Positions 1-11,043 are shown, counted from the first letter of the stretch. The stretch is 64,000 nucleotides of DNA from Blastocatellia bacterium (GCA_963765495.1 CAVXWP010000002.1:320001-384000), one strand, 5' to 3'. The notes: a model not told the origin generated them from the letters alone. Made by a program: numbers and translations.

Positions 1-932
<932 letters not shown>

Positions 933-1020
933 TATTCTCGTAACTTCTATCTCTTCGTAGTACAATTGCTTGCGGCCTGAGACTATTAATGACATTTAAA
1001 AAGAGAAAAGGAGGTCTGGC

Positions 1021-1281
1021 ATGGCTGACATCAAGCTCTACACGACAAGTTGGAGCGTCGATTGTAACCAGGCCAGAGAGTTCCTCGACGATGAAGGCAT
1101 TTTCTACGAAGAGATTGATATAGAAAAATCGCCGACGGCCGCCCGCGCGGTCGAGCGTATCAACGGGGGTCGCCGCATTGTCCCAACCTTCGAAGTGGAC
1201 GGAACACTCTTTAGCCTCAAGCCGTTTAGCTGGCAAAAACTACAGAAAGAACTGGAGAGGCTGGGTATCGAGGAAGATTGA
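1021..1281 (+). CDS. Glutaredoxin/NrdH-like small thioredoxin-fold protein (SxxC site)
   Basis: GGAGG RBS. LYTTSWSVDC, YEEIDIE and NGGRRIVPT are typical of Grx/mycoredoxin-like proteins. Confidence 0.85.
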   Translation: MADIKLYTTSWSVDCNQAREFLDDEGIFYEEIDIEKSPTAARAVERINGGRRIVPTFEVDGTLFSLKPFSWQKLQKELERLGIEED

Positions 1282-1335
1282 TCCCGGGCAAAAGCTCTTC
1301 CGAAAATCACCCTGACCTTCGATTTCAAAGAACGG

Positions 1336-2688
1336 ATGCCAAACTCGACATTTCTCGAAATGCTGCTGCGCGAACGGCGTGCCCTGTCTGTTTCGGAGCT
1401 TACCGCAGAGATAAAAATCCTTGTTGAAAACCAGTTCATAGATGTATGGGTGGAAGGCGAGGTCTCGAACTTCCGCCGCCATTCTTCGGGTCACTGGTAT
1501 TTCACTCTCAAAGACGAAGGCGCGATGCTGCGCTGCGCGAGTTTTCGCATGCAAAATCGCCTGATACGTTTTCTCCCCCAGGACGGGCTGACGGTGAGGG
1601 CACGCGGAAGGCTTTCGCTTTACGAAGTGCGGGGCGAGTATCAATTGCTGGTCGAATACCTCGAACCCGTGGGGGCGGGCGCGCTTCAACTCGCCTTTGA
1701 ACAGCTAAAACAGAGGCTCGCCTCGGAAGGGTTGTTTGACCTCGACCGCAAGCGCGGGCTGCCCCTTCTACCGCGCACCATCGGCATAGTCACTTCGCCT
1801 ACCGGGGCGGCTGTGCGCGACATACTCAGAATATTGAAGAGACGCAACGAGGCGGTGAGCGTGCTTGTTGCGCCCGCCCGCGTGCAGGGTGACGGCGCGG
1901 GCCGCGAGATTGCCCGCGCAATCGAGAGCCTTAACGAAATCGAGGCGGTTGACGTGATAATAGTCGGGCGAGGCGGCGGCTCAATCGAAGACCTTGCCTG
2001 CTTTAACGACGAAGCGGTTGCGCGAGCCATCTTCAATTCCCGCGCCCCTGTCATCTCAGCCGTGGGGCACGAAACCGATTTCACAATCGCCGATTTTGTG
2101 GCCGATTTGAGGGCTTCTACGCCGTCTGACGCGGCAGAGATGGTCACGATCGCGCGCGACGAGATAAGCGCCCGCCTTTCGGGACTCGATCAGGATATGA
2201 CAAATGCCATTCGATACCGCCTGCTCGAATTGCGCAGTCAGGCGACAGAGCTTGAGGCGAGCCGAGCATTTGACGAACCGCCTATGCGAATCCGCAGCCT
2301 CGCTCAGAGATTCGACAACGCGGCTTACGCTATGGAATCGGCGGTTGGAAAAATCATACGCCGCAACCGCTCCGGGCTTGAGAAGACAGCCGCCCGATTG
2401 CGAGAGGCTGACATCAGGCGAACGATGATCGAGGAGCGGGGCGCGCTTGATCTCGTTTCTGCCCGTCTCGCGTCCGCTGCCCGCGCAACAATCGACCGGG
2501 ATGGCGAGAAGCTGTCGGTCCTTTCGGGCAAGCTCGGCTCTCTTTCCCCGCTCGGCGTGCTCGGGAGAGGCTATGCCATCGCTTTCGATGAAACCGGGAA
2601 GATCATCAAGCGCGCAACGGACGTGGCAAGCGGCGAAAGGCTTCGCCTCCGCCTGGCCGAAGGTCAGATTGACTGCACAAAGAACTAA
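1336..2688 (+). CDS. xseA: Exodeoxyribonuclease VII large subunit
   Basis: VEGEVSNF..SGHWYFTLKD, TSPTGAAVRD, RGGGSIEDL, SAVGHETD, TPS and LxRGY motifs. Confidence 0.97.
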   Translation: MPNSTFLEMLLRERRALSVSELTAEIKILVENQFIDVWVEGEVSNFRRHSSGHWYFTLKDEGAMLRCASFRMQNRLIRFLPQDGLTVRARGRLSLYEVRGEYQLLVEYLEPVGAGALQLAFEQLKQRLASEGLFDLDRKRGLPLLPRTIGIVTSPTGAAVRDILRILKRRNEAVSVLVAPARVQGDGAGREIARAIESLNEIEAVDVIIVGRGGGSIEDLACFNDEAVARAIFNSRAPVISAVGHETDFTIADFVADLRASTPSDAAEMVTIARDEISARLSGLDQDMTNAIRYRLLELRSQATELEASRAFDEPPMRIRSLAQRFDNAAYAMESAVGKIIRRNRSGLEKTAARLREADIRRTMIEERGALDLVSARLASAARATIDRDGEKLSVLSGKLGSLSPLGVLGRGYAIAFDETGKIIKRATDVASGERLRLRLAEGQIDCTKN

Positions 2689-2691
2689 GAT

Positions 2692-2905
2692 GGGGGCCGG
2701 GGGCCGGGGGTCAGGGGCCGGTGCTTTCGTGGTCGGTGGTCAGTAATCAGTGGTCAGTAATTTTGGAAAGCATGAACCAAACCGCGAAAATCCGCCTGAT
2801 CCGCGTCCGTCCCGACCTATTCCCCTTAACCAGTCTACACGCTTCGATTTAATCAGAGTCTTCCTGAACTCAACACCGGCCCCCGGCCCCTGGCCCCTGG
2901 CCCCC
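2692..2905. repeat. Inverted GGGGCCG/CGGCCCC heptamer-array element with an embedded GATCCGCGTCCGTCCCG half-element
   Basis: GGGGCCGG units at 2692-2722 and complementary units at 2876-2905. The inner 2790-2825 segment matches the palindrome arm at 56449-56482. Confidence 0.85.
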
Positions 2906-3020
2906 TATAAAAAATTCTCATTAGCTTTAAGGTACGCAACACAGCATGATAGAATCTTGACGTAATGCAGGTAGTCCTGGCCGTAGCGTGTAAATCTGTG
3001 CACCGCTTTTACGAAGGATT

Positions 3021-4115
3021 ATGATAGACATAAGTCGAAAGAGTATCAGAGACATAGACTGGTTGCTTTTGCTCGCGCCGGTTGCCCTGACCATTTTCGG
3101 ATGTCTGGGCATCTACAGCACCGCACCCGACACGGATTATGTTAAGAAACAGATCATATTCATGATGCTGGGCCTTGCGATTACCGGCGTGTTGATGTTC
3201 ACCGATTACAGAAAGATTATCATCACCTTCGCGCCATTTTTTTACGGGGCGGTTATCTTCCTGCTGCTTCTCGTGCTTACGCCTCTAGGCGCTGAAATCA
3301 ACGGCAATAAGGCATGGCTGCGCATCGCAGGCTTCAGCCTCCAGCCAAGCGAATTCGCCAAGGTGGCAACTATCCTGATGCTGGCTCGCTACACGGCACA
3401 GCGCAGGACCGGCAATCTCTCTATTAAAGACATGGCCATTATGGCAGGCATAACGCTTGTGCCGATGGTTTTAATAGCGATGGAACACGACACCGGCACG
3501 ATGCTTACGTTCGGGGCGATACTCGGAGCTTTCTATTTCCTGGGCGGCATGCGCAAGATATTTCTGGTCGCAGCCCTCGTCGCAATACCGATAGGGCTTG
3601 TGGCCGTCTACCCGCACCTGAAGGAATACCAAAGACAACGCATTGATGTGATCATTGATCCTGACAAAGCCGATCCGCGCGGATACGGCTATCAGACCGT
3701 GCAATCAATGATTGCTGTAGGCTCAGGCGGATTGATGGGCAAAGGTATCGGCCAGGGCACACAGGGCAAGCTCGGCTTTCTCCCCTTTGCCTACACCGAC
3801 TTTATAGGCGCGGTCGTAGGCGAAGAGATGGGATTTGTAGGCATCCTTTTGATGCTCCTGCTTTATCTGATCTTTATCTGGAGGCTCGTCTCAGTCGCTC
3901 GCGGCGCGCGCGACCGCGCAGGCGCATTGATGATAATGGGTTTTGTTGCGCTCATCGCCTTTCACATACTTTGCAATCTGGGTATGGTGGTCGGATTGAT
4001 GCCGATTATGGGCATACCTCTGCCTTTGATGAGCGCGGGCGGTACGGCCGTTCTGGCGATGTTTGCGGGCGTGGGGCTCGCCCTGAGCGTGAGAATGAGG
4101 AAATTTGTCAACTAG
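3021..4115 (+). CDS. rodA: Rod shape-determining SEDS glycosyltransferase RodA
   Basis: Multi-TM protein with QPSEFAK, GYQTVQSMIAVGSGG, TDFIGAVVGEE and MGIPLPLMSAGG motifs. Confidence 0.93.
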   Translation: MIDISRKSIRDIDWLLLLAPVALTIFGCLGIYSTAPDTDYVKKQIIFMMLGLAITGVLMFTDYRKIIITFAPFFYGAVIFLLLLVLTPLGAEINGNKAWLRIAGFSLQPSEFAKVATILMLARYTAQRRTGNLSIKDMAIMAGITLVPMVLIAMEHDTGTMLTFGAILGAFYFLGGMRKIFLVAALVAIPIGLVAVYPHLKEYQRQRIDVIIDPDKADPRGYGYQTVQSMIAVGSGGLMGKGIGQGTQGKLGFLPFAYTDFIGAVVGEEMGFVGILLMLLLYLIFIWRLVSVARGARDRAGALMIMGFVALIAFHILCNLGMVVGLMPIMGIPLPLMSAGGTAVLAMFAGVGLALSVRMRKFVN

Positions 4116-4141
4116 GAGTTGCAGCATAAATTCAGGGTCAA

Positions 4142-7100
4142 ATGAGCGAGCCACAAAAGGGAGCAATGAAAACAGCTATTGACTACCGCGCGGCGCTGGA
4201 CGAAATCCTGCCGACCGTCGAAAAGCCCGCCCGGTATGTGGGCGGCGAATGGAACGCAATCCGCAAAACTTTCTCCGAAGCCAGTACCCGCATTGCGCTC
4301 TGCTTCCCCGATACCTACGAGATAGGCATTAGCCATCTGGGGCTCAAGATACTCTACAGCCTGCTCAACAAACAGCGCGGGTGGGCAGCCGAGCGCGTAT
4401 ACGCTCCGTGGCCCGATATGGAGGCCCGGTTGCGCGAGCGCCGTATCCCGCTGCTTTCGCTTGAATCCTATACGCCGCTAAACGAGTTTGACATAGTGGG
4501 GTTCTCGCTCCAATACGAGCTTACATACACAAACGTCCTGACGATGCTCGACCTCGGGGGCATACCTCTTCACACTTCCGAGCGCACTCTGGACGATCCG
4601 TTGATTATTGCGGGCGGGCCTACGGTTTACTCCTGCGAACCCGTTGCAGACTTTATCGATGTGGTTGTGATAGGAGACGGCGAAGAGGCTTTTCCAGAAC
4701 TCGTAGCGCGTTATGTGGAACTGAAAGGCGAGGCAAAAAGCGCAGGTCTTTCGCGGCGCGAAGTCCTGAAAGAGATATCGAAGATCGAAGGGATGTATGT
4801 TCCCTCGCTTTATACGACATCGGTCAGCCCGCATCACGGATTGCTCGTTGTAGAGGTGCCCGAAGATACGACGATTCCCTTCCCCGTGCGGCGGCGCGTG
4901 GTCTCAGACATCAATCAATATCCCTTTCCGTCGGATTCGCCCGTGCCGACCATCGAAGCGGTTCACGACCGCGTTGCCATCGAGATAGCGCGCGGCTGCG
5001 TAGACGGATGCCGTTTCTGTCAGGCTGGAACCATATATCGCCCGGTGCGCGAGCGCGACCCGAAAGAGATAGTCACAACCATCCTCGACGGGATAGAAAA
5101 AGGCGGCTACGACGAAACGAGTTTGACCTCGCTATCTACCGCCGATTACACCTGCCTTGAGCCTCTGGTTAAGATGCTCGGCGAGGAACTGGAACGACGC
5201 AAGGTGAGCTTTTCGGTGTCGTCGCTTCGGGCTTCCGGCGTCTCTGAATCGCTCGCGCGCGAAATAGCCCGCGTTCGCAAGACGGGATTTACGATTGCGC
5301 CCGAAGCGGGCACTCAGCGAATGCGCGATGTGATAAACAAAAATGTCACCGAACAAGACGTAATGAATTCCTGTTCGGTGGCTTTTTCCGAAGGGTGGTC
5401 CGCTATGAAGATGTATTTCATGATAGGACTGCCGACAGAGACCGAAGAGGACGTGGCCGGTATTGCCGAGCTTGGGCGCAAGGTCCGCGAGCTTGGCAGG
5501 AATCGCTTTAATAAGAATGTAAAAGTGACGTGTTCGGCATCCTATTTCGTGCCCAAGCCGCACACGCCGTTCCAGTGGTGCGAGCAGGAAGGGATCGAAA
5601 CAATCAAGGAGAAGCAGCGGATGTTGAAAGACATGGGCCGCCGCTATCGAATTGACGTGAAGGTTCATCACGCCGAAACAAGCGTGCTTGAAGGTATAAT
5701 CTCTCGCGGCGACCGAAACCTGTGCCGCGTGATCGAGCGCGCCTGGAAGATGGGATGCAGGTTTGACGGGTGGACCGATCATTTCGATTTCAACAAATGG
5801 ATGGAAGCCTTCCGTCTCGAAGGGGTCGACATAAAGCCTTATCTTCGAGAGTTCCCCGTAAAAGAGTTTGACAAGCCTCAGGCCGCGCTCGTTCAGCTTC
5901 CGTGGGATCATATCGACACGCTGGTCAAACGAGAGTTCAACGCTCGCGAATACATCAAGGGCATCAAGGCCAGGATTTCGCCTCCGTGCGAACTGCCGGT
6001 CAAAATCATCGACGGTCGCCCGACAGCCATCGCTCCTTCGCACGAAGATTTCGAGCGGGTGGCAAATCAGCCGCTGCTCTGTTACAACTGCGGTCTTGAA
6101 TGTGACCTCGCGCTTTCACGCAAGCACCTCGAAAAAGCCTTTGCTATGCACTCGGAGGTCCGTACATACGAAGAGCGCCTTGCTCCAATTCAAGACCAAC
6201 TGGTCGCGGGGCCTATCGTGCAGCTTTCGCGGGGGCCGGTTTCACAGCGGCTGGGGGCCGGGGGCCGGGGGCCGGGGAGTAGTGAAGAAATTAATACTGA
6301 CGATCAAACGCTAAAATCTCACGATGAGGGTAAAATACCGGCCCCCGGCCCCCGACCACCGGCCCCTGCGAAGCTGGCCGCCCTCAACAGGTATCGCGCC
6401 GTGTTTGAGAAGGGAGAGGGGGTAAAGTACCTCTCGCATCTCGATTTGACACGGGCGCTTCCGCGCGCCTTCCGCAGGGCGCAAATCAAGCTCGGCTACA
6501 GCCAGGGCTATCACCCTATGCCCCTTATTCAGTACGGCCCGGCGCTCGGAGTAGGGAATGTGGGCCTCAACGAGTTGATCGATTTCGACTCGCCCGATTC
6601 GCTCAATGAACAGGTGTTTTTAGAGCGCATCAACGCCGTGATGCCCGAGGGCTTGCGGTTCAAGTCGCTCAGGCAAATTGAGCCAAACGCGCATGCGATC
6701 ATCAAGGATATCAATCGAGCGGAATACATCATCTCTCTTGATTTGCCTGAGATAGTCGCGGCTGTCGTGCGCGCTCAATCCGAGCGCGAGGGTCTTCGGG
6801 AAATGGAAGTTTCAGAGATTCATCGGCTACTTGCCCGGCAGTTTATCGAGCGCGACAAGTGCTTGATCAATCGTCCGAGCAAAGGCAAAACAAAGCAGGT
6901 TGATGTGCGCCGCTATACGATGTGGCTTGATGTAGACGAGCAAGCCGGATGTCTTCGCATAGTGACCGAGATTTCGCCCAATGGTGGCGTCAAGCCTATC
7001 GAGGTCGTAGCTGCCGTCTACGATCTGAATGCTGAACAGATGATTTCGCTCAGTTCGCGTGTGCGACGGCTCAGATTGTATTCGGAGCCGGGGCCTGTAG

Positions 7101-7177
7101 CCAGTCTATCAGGAATTAACGGCACGGCTGCGCGCGAGAGCAATCAAAGTGCGCTCGCTCAATTGGCGGGCGATTGA
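4142..7177 (+). CDS. TIGR03960 B12-binding radical SAM protein fused to TIGR03936/DUF2344 domain
   Basis: VEKPARYVGGE, FPDTYEIG, RGCVDGCRFC (CxxxCxxC) and LPWDHID, then YLSHLDL..FRRA..YSQGYHP (DUF2344). Usual position between rodA and rne. Confidence 0.92.
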   Translation: MSEPQKGAMKTAIDYRAALDEILPTVEKPARYVGGEWNAIRKTFSEASTRIALCFPDTYEIGISHLGLKILYSLLNKQRGWAAERVYAPWPDMEARLRERRIPLLSLESYTPLNEFDIVGFSLQYELTYTNVLTMLDLGGIPLHTSERTLDDPLIIAGGPTVYSCEPVADFIDVVVIGDGEEAFPELVARYVELKGEAKSAGLSRREVLKEISKIEGMYVPSLYTTSVSPHHGLLVVEVPEDTTIPFPVRRRVVSDINQYPFPSDSPVPTIEAVHDRVAIEIARGCVDGCRFCQAGTIYRPVRERDPKEIVTTILDGIEKGGYDETSLTSLSTADYTCLEPLVKMLGEELERRKVSFSVSSLRASGVSESLAREIARVRKTGFTIAPEAGTQRMRDVINKNVTEQDVMNSCSVAFSEGWSAMKMYFMIGLPTETEEDVAGIAELGRKVRELGRNRFNKNVKVTCSASYFVPKPHTPFQWCEQEGIETIKEKQRMLKDMGRRYRIDVKVHHAETSVLEGIISRGDRNLCRVIERAWKMGCRFDGWTDHFDFNKWMEAFRLEGVDIKPYLREFPVKEFDKPQAALVQLPWDHIDTLVKREFNAREYIKGIKARISPPCELPVKIIDGRPTAIAPSHEDFERVANQPLLCYNCGLECDLALSRKHLEKAFAMHSEVRTYEERLAPIQDQLVAGPIVQLSRGPVSQRLGAGGRGPGSSEEINTDDQTLKSHDEGKIPAPGPRPPAPAKLAALNRYRAVFEKGEGVKYLSHLDLTRALPRAFRRAQIKLGYSQGYHPMPLIQYGPALGVGNVGLNELIDFDSPDSLNEQVFLERINAVMPEGLRFKSLRQIEPNAHAIIKDINRAEYIISLDLPEIVAAVVRAQSEREGLREMEVSEIHRLLARQFIERDKCLINRPSKGKTKQVDVRRYTMWLDVDEQAGCLRIVTEISPNGGVKPIEVVAAVYDLNAEQMISLSSRVRRLRLYSEPGPVASLSGINGTAARESNQSALAQLAGD
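6253..6368. repeat. GGGGCCG/CGGCCCC inverted element in-frame inside the radical SAM CDS
   Basis: Same arrays as 2692-2905; translates as LGAGGRGPG...PAPGPRPPAP. Confidence 0.85.
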
Positions 7178-7182
7178 TCGAA

Positions 7183-7316
7183 GTGACGAGTGATGCATAA
7201 TACGTGAAGAGTGATGCGTGATTCACGACTATCAGGTAATTACCTGTCAATAAGATTTTGGCTGGCTACATAAATCACGGATCACTCTTCCCGCATCAGG
7301 TGAACGAATCACTCTT
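7183..7316. repeat. GTGAT/ATCAC heptamer-flanked element, copy A
   Basis: Core GACTATCAGGTAATTACCTGTCAATAAGATTTTGG...AAATCACGGATCACTC closely matches 10704-10841. Confidence 0.85.
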
Positions 7317-7329
7317 GAGCAGACCAGTA

Positions 7330-7360
7330 TTGAAAGAGTTTTTTAGGTTCGTGTTATAAA
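7330..7360 (+). promoter_or_regulatory. Putative sigma70 promoter for rne/rng
   Basis: TTGAAA (7330-7335) and extended -10 TG-T-TATAAA (7352-7360), about 400 nt upstream of the ATG. Confidence 0.45.
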
Positions 7361-7767
7361 GCAGCACGAGTAGGAATTGACAATTGCCGAGGATGCCGAA
7401 AGCGAGCGAATTGACGCCGCTTGAATCACAGGCAGCCGAGGCGATCAGCAGCGTTTAAGAGAGTGGGTCAGCAGGCATTCTGACCAGAGCATGAATGTAG
7501 GATGAGGCGATGCCGCTTCATCGGCAACAGGTCGGCTTTTAGCTTTTTGTGTACGGATGCGAACTATGGATGAGTGAGTTTGAGCACTACAGATCGGTGA
7601 GCCCTTCGGCTCGATCGCGTGCCCATCCGCCCCCCTTTATCCATCTCTGGTTCCGGCTCATTGCGAGCGATTCGCGCACCCGCTCAAAGGATACTGCAAA
7701 ATCAGGTCCGGTTGGACCGCCTCATCCGCCTGCCCACCTGCCGACGCGAACCGGATTAGGAGAATAA

Positions 7768-10701
7768 ATGACAAAGGAACTGATAATTAGCGCGAACGTG
7801 CATGAGAAGAAAGTGTGCGTCGTCGAAGACGGCATCGTGACTGAATTCTATGTCGAGCGAAGAGACGAAAACCAGGGAGTCGTAGGCAATCTCTACAAGG
7901 GTCGCGTGATGAAGGTGCTGCCCGGAATGCAGTCAGCTTTCGTTGATATCGGGCTTGAGCGCGATGCATTTCTCTATGTATCCGATTTCACGGAGTTCAT
8001 GGAAGAAGAAGATGAGATTGATTTCAAAGAGTCGCCCGAAGAGCAGCGAACTGCCGCCCCGCGCGTGGAGGATCGTTCGCGCCGTTCAGACCGGCGAAGA
8101 CCCGAACCCGCGCCACAAACGCGCAGGCCGGAACATCAAAGGATCAAGGAGGAAGAGGATTCCGATCAGCCTGCCATGTTGGAGGATGTGGTCGAGCAAC
8201 TCGCCGAAATCGCCGATGAGAGCCTGATTCCGCCGCCTGCGCCCGATGAGGAACTCGAAGAGGCGGACATCGAAACAAAAACGAAGGCAGAGACCGACGA
8301 AGAGGTGCAGGAGGCTCGGGTGACGCGTCTCGATGAAACCGACGAGGCTCAGGAGACCGAGGAGGAGCCGAGCGAAGAGGAGGTTTCCAAGGAGGTCGCA
8401 TCTCCGGTCGAAGAGAAACCCGCTAAATCCAGGAGCAGACGCACGAGAACGGCAAAGGCCGAGACATCTGCCGAAAAGCCAAGATCGAGCCGCTCTCGAA
8501 AGAAGACGCAGGAACCCGAAGAAGAGGCTGAAAAGCCAAAGACCGCGCGCCGAAGCAGAAAGAAAAAGGCTGAAACCGAAGCGCCCGAAGAAACCGCCGC
8601 TCCCGAAGCTGAAAAGAGCAAGACGGCAAAGCCAACCGCTCGTCGCTCGTCGCGCAAACGCTCGACAAAGACCGAAGTCGAATCTGCATCCAATAAGAAG
8701 ATCGAAGAGGCAAAGCCCTCAAAACCCGAGTCTCAATTTCAGCGCATAACAGATGAAGACCTGATTGCCGACGCGGGCGATATGCTCAAAGATGCCATCG
8801 TGCAGGAAAAAATCATAGATCAGATCCACACAAGCGAGTATCGAACTACCGCCTTCGAACCCGAACCCGAACCCGAATGGCGCGTGGGCAGCCTGCGATC
8901 AAAGATGCCCGCCACGTCGGATTACATGCGCATCGTGGATGAGACGGGAGAGAATAAAGAGTCTCGAAATCAGCAGGGTGCAAAGGAGGAAGAAGTTTCG
9001 CCAATGCGCCACATATCGAGCGCCTTGCCGGAAGGGCTGCTCGATCAGGCTCTGGCAAACTCATCTGGTGAAGCGGCACCTGCGGGCGATGAAACTGCTT
9101 CTGAGAGTGAGGCCGGGCAAGAGACGGAAGGCGTTCGAGCAAGCGCCGATTCGACAGCAGAGGCAACAACCGGCACAGAGAGCGATCAGTCCGAAGAAGA
9201 GGGTGAAGCCGAAGTGCGGACTCGCGGAAGCCGCGCCGACTTTGCCGTACGTCGAGGAGGCCGGGGCCGTCGCCGCCGTCGCGACACTCCACCTTCAACC
9301 GCACCCGAAGAAGGCGAAGAGAAGAGCGCGCCACCTGCCGAGGCCGCCCCTCCTGCGCCCGAAGTCGCCGAAGTGCCAAAGAGTAATCCTCCGCGCAGAC
9401 CCGATCCCCGTCACCGCCCGCCGCGCCAGGAGGGGGGGCGCAGACCCGATCCTCCACAGCAGATGCGCAGGCCGGATCGCGGCGCTCCAACTATCAGCGA
9501 CCTGCTGCACGAAGGGCAGGAAATCCTTGTTCAGATAGCCAAGGAACCTATCGCGAAAAAGGGCGCGCGCATAACATCACATATAGCGCTTCCCGGTCGT
9601 TATCTGGTTTACATGCCGACGGTCAATCACGTGGGCGTATCGCGCAAGATCGCATCCGATATGGAGCGAATACGTCTGAAGCGAGTCGTTTCCGGGCTCA
9701 GAGATCGAGAATCGGCCAGCGGAGGCTTTATAGCGCGGACGGCCTGCGCGGGCCACACCGAACAGGAACTGCACGACGATATGAAATATCTTCTGCGGAC
9801 CTGGGCAGATGTCAGGAAGAAGGCCGAGCGCAACAAAGCGCCCGACCTCGTGCACCGCGATCTCGACCTTGTTCAGCGCATACTCCGGGATCAGTTGTCG
9901 GAAGAATTCGGCGCCATCCGCATCGATAACGAGATCGAATATGCCCGCATAGTTGAGTTTGTAAATCGCATCCAGCCAAAACTCGTAAAGCGAGTCAAGC
10001 TCTACACGGGCAGCCAGCCGATACTTGAAAAATATGGTGTCCAGCCCGAAATAGACAAGGCCGTCAAACCTCGCGTGTGGCTGAGATCGGGCGGCTATAT
10101 CGTCATCAATCAAACCGAAGCGCTGGTCGCGATTGATGTAAACACCGGCAAATTCGTAGGCAAAAGCGACAAGCTCGAAGACACGATCACGCGAACCAAT
10201 CTGGAGGCGGCTAAAGAGATCGTTCGACAAATCAGGTTGCGCGATCTGGGCGGCATCATCGTGATCGATTTTATAGACATGGATGAGCGCAAGAACCGCC
10301 AGAGAGTAATGACCGCATTGCAGGCGGAGTTGCAAACCGACCGCGCCCCGTCAAAGATTCTGTCAATAAACGATTTCGGGCTAGTGGCCATAACCAGAAA
10401 GCGTGTCAAGCAATCGCTCGAACGCACGCTTTGCACTCCCTGTCCTTATTGTCAGGGCGGCGGGATGGTAAAATCGCCTCAAACCATGTGTTTTGAGATA
10501 CTCGAACAGGCAAAAGCGATGTCGAAAGAGATAACCGGCAGCAGCGATGTAGTTCTCAGAGTCTCGCCCGATGTGGCAGATGCGTTGCGGTCGAGCGAGC
10601 GTGAAGTGCTCGAAGAGATAGAGGCTTACTTCGCCACTCCGCTTTCGATAGAAGCGGACCCGCATCTGCATCAGGAGCAATACGACTTCGCCATACTGTA
10701 G
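7768..10701 (+). CDS. rne: Rne/Rng family ribonuclease with a ~500-aa low-complexity insertion in the S1 domain
   Basis: GNLYKGRVMKVLPGMQSAFVDIG, EILVQIAKEP, AIDVNTG, RLRDLGGIIVIDFIDM and CPYC motifs; AGGAG RBS. Confidence 0.93.
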   Translation: MTKELIISANVHEKKVCVVEDGIVTEFYVERRDENQGVVGNLYKGRVMKVLPGMQSAFVDIGLERDAFLYVSDFTEFMEEEDEIDFKESPEEQRTAAPRVEDRSRRSDRRRPEPAPQTRRPEHQRIKEEEDSDQPAMLEDVVEQLAEIADESLIPPPAPDEELEEADIETKTKAETDEEVQEARVTRLDETDEAQETEEEPSEEEVSKEVASPVEEKPAKSRSRRTRTAKAETSAEKPRSSRSRKKTQEPEEEAEKPKTARRSRKKKAETEAPEETAAPEAEKSKTAKPTARRSSRKRSTKTEVESASNKKIEEAKPSKPESQFQRITDEDLIADAGDMLKDAIVQEKIIDQIHTSEYRTTAFEPEPEPEWRVGSLRSKMPATSDYMRIVDETGENKESRNQQGAKEEEVSPMRHISSALPEGLLDQALANSSGEAAPAGDETASESEAGQETEGVRASADSTAEATTGTESDQSEEEGEAEVRTRGSRADFAVRRGGRGRRRRRDTPPSTAPEEGEEKSAPPAEAAPPAPEVAEVPKSNPPRRPDPRHRPPRQEGGRRPDPPQQMRRPDRGAPTISDLLHEGQEILVQIAKEPIAKKGARITSHIALPGRYLVYMPTVNHVGVSRKIASDMERIRLKRVVSGLRDRESASGGFIARTACAGHTEQELHDDMKYLLRTWADVRKKAERNKAPDLVHRDLDLVQRILRDQLSEEFGAIRIDNEIEYARIVEFVNRIQPKLVKRVKLYTGSQPILEKYGVQPEIDKAVKPRVWLRSGGYIVINQTEALVAIDVNTGKFVGKSDKLEDTITRTNLEAAKEIVRQIRLRDLGGIIVIDFIDMDERKNRQRVMTALQAELQTDRAPSKILSINDFGLVAITRKRVKQSLERTLCTPCPYCQGGGMVKSPQTMCFEILEQAKAMSKEITGSSDVVLRVSPDVADALRSSEREVLEEIEAYFATPLSIEADPHLHQEQYDFAIL

Positions 10702-10703
10702 CT

Positions 10704-10841
10704 GAGTGAAGAGTGATCCGTGATTCGTGATTCCCGACCATCAGGTAAGCACCTGTAAATAAGGTTTTGGATGACTACGTAAATCACGGATCACTCCTTA
10801 CGAATCACTCTTTACGAATCACTCTTTACGGATCACTCTTC
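10704..10841. repeat. GTGAT/ATCAC heptamer-flanked element, copy B
   Basis: Homologous to 7183-7316. The right arm carries three tandem 14-bp TACG(A/G)ATCACTCTT units. Confidence 0.85.
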
Positions 10842-10980
10842 GCCTACCGCGTGAATCGGCTTAATACACCCTTCGCCCCCGCCCCGTTCGTATTTGCCCC
10901 ACATTCCTCATCAAAACTCGTTTAAGAGAGATTTTCCTGGTGGCATGGATATTGCTGGGATAAAGATGGAGGAAAAAATT

Positions 10981-11043
10981 ATGGCGAGGATATTCTTTCT
11001 CACTATGCTGCTTTTTATCGCCCTGTCAGCGGCCCCTGCATAA
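10981..11043 (+). pseudogene. Signal-peptide-only ORF MARIFFLTMLLFIALSAAPA (gene remnant or micro-peptide)
   Basis: GGAGGA RBS and a classic Sec signal ending in APA, then an immediate TAA. Confidence 0.4.

Noticed and set aside
7549-7767. 72-aa ORF upstream of rne
   Set aside because: Weak start and no coding character; better explained as a structured leader.
7183-10841. Composite transposon carrying rne between two related repeats
   Set aside because: No transposase or target duplication, and rne is in its usual position after the radical SAM gene.
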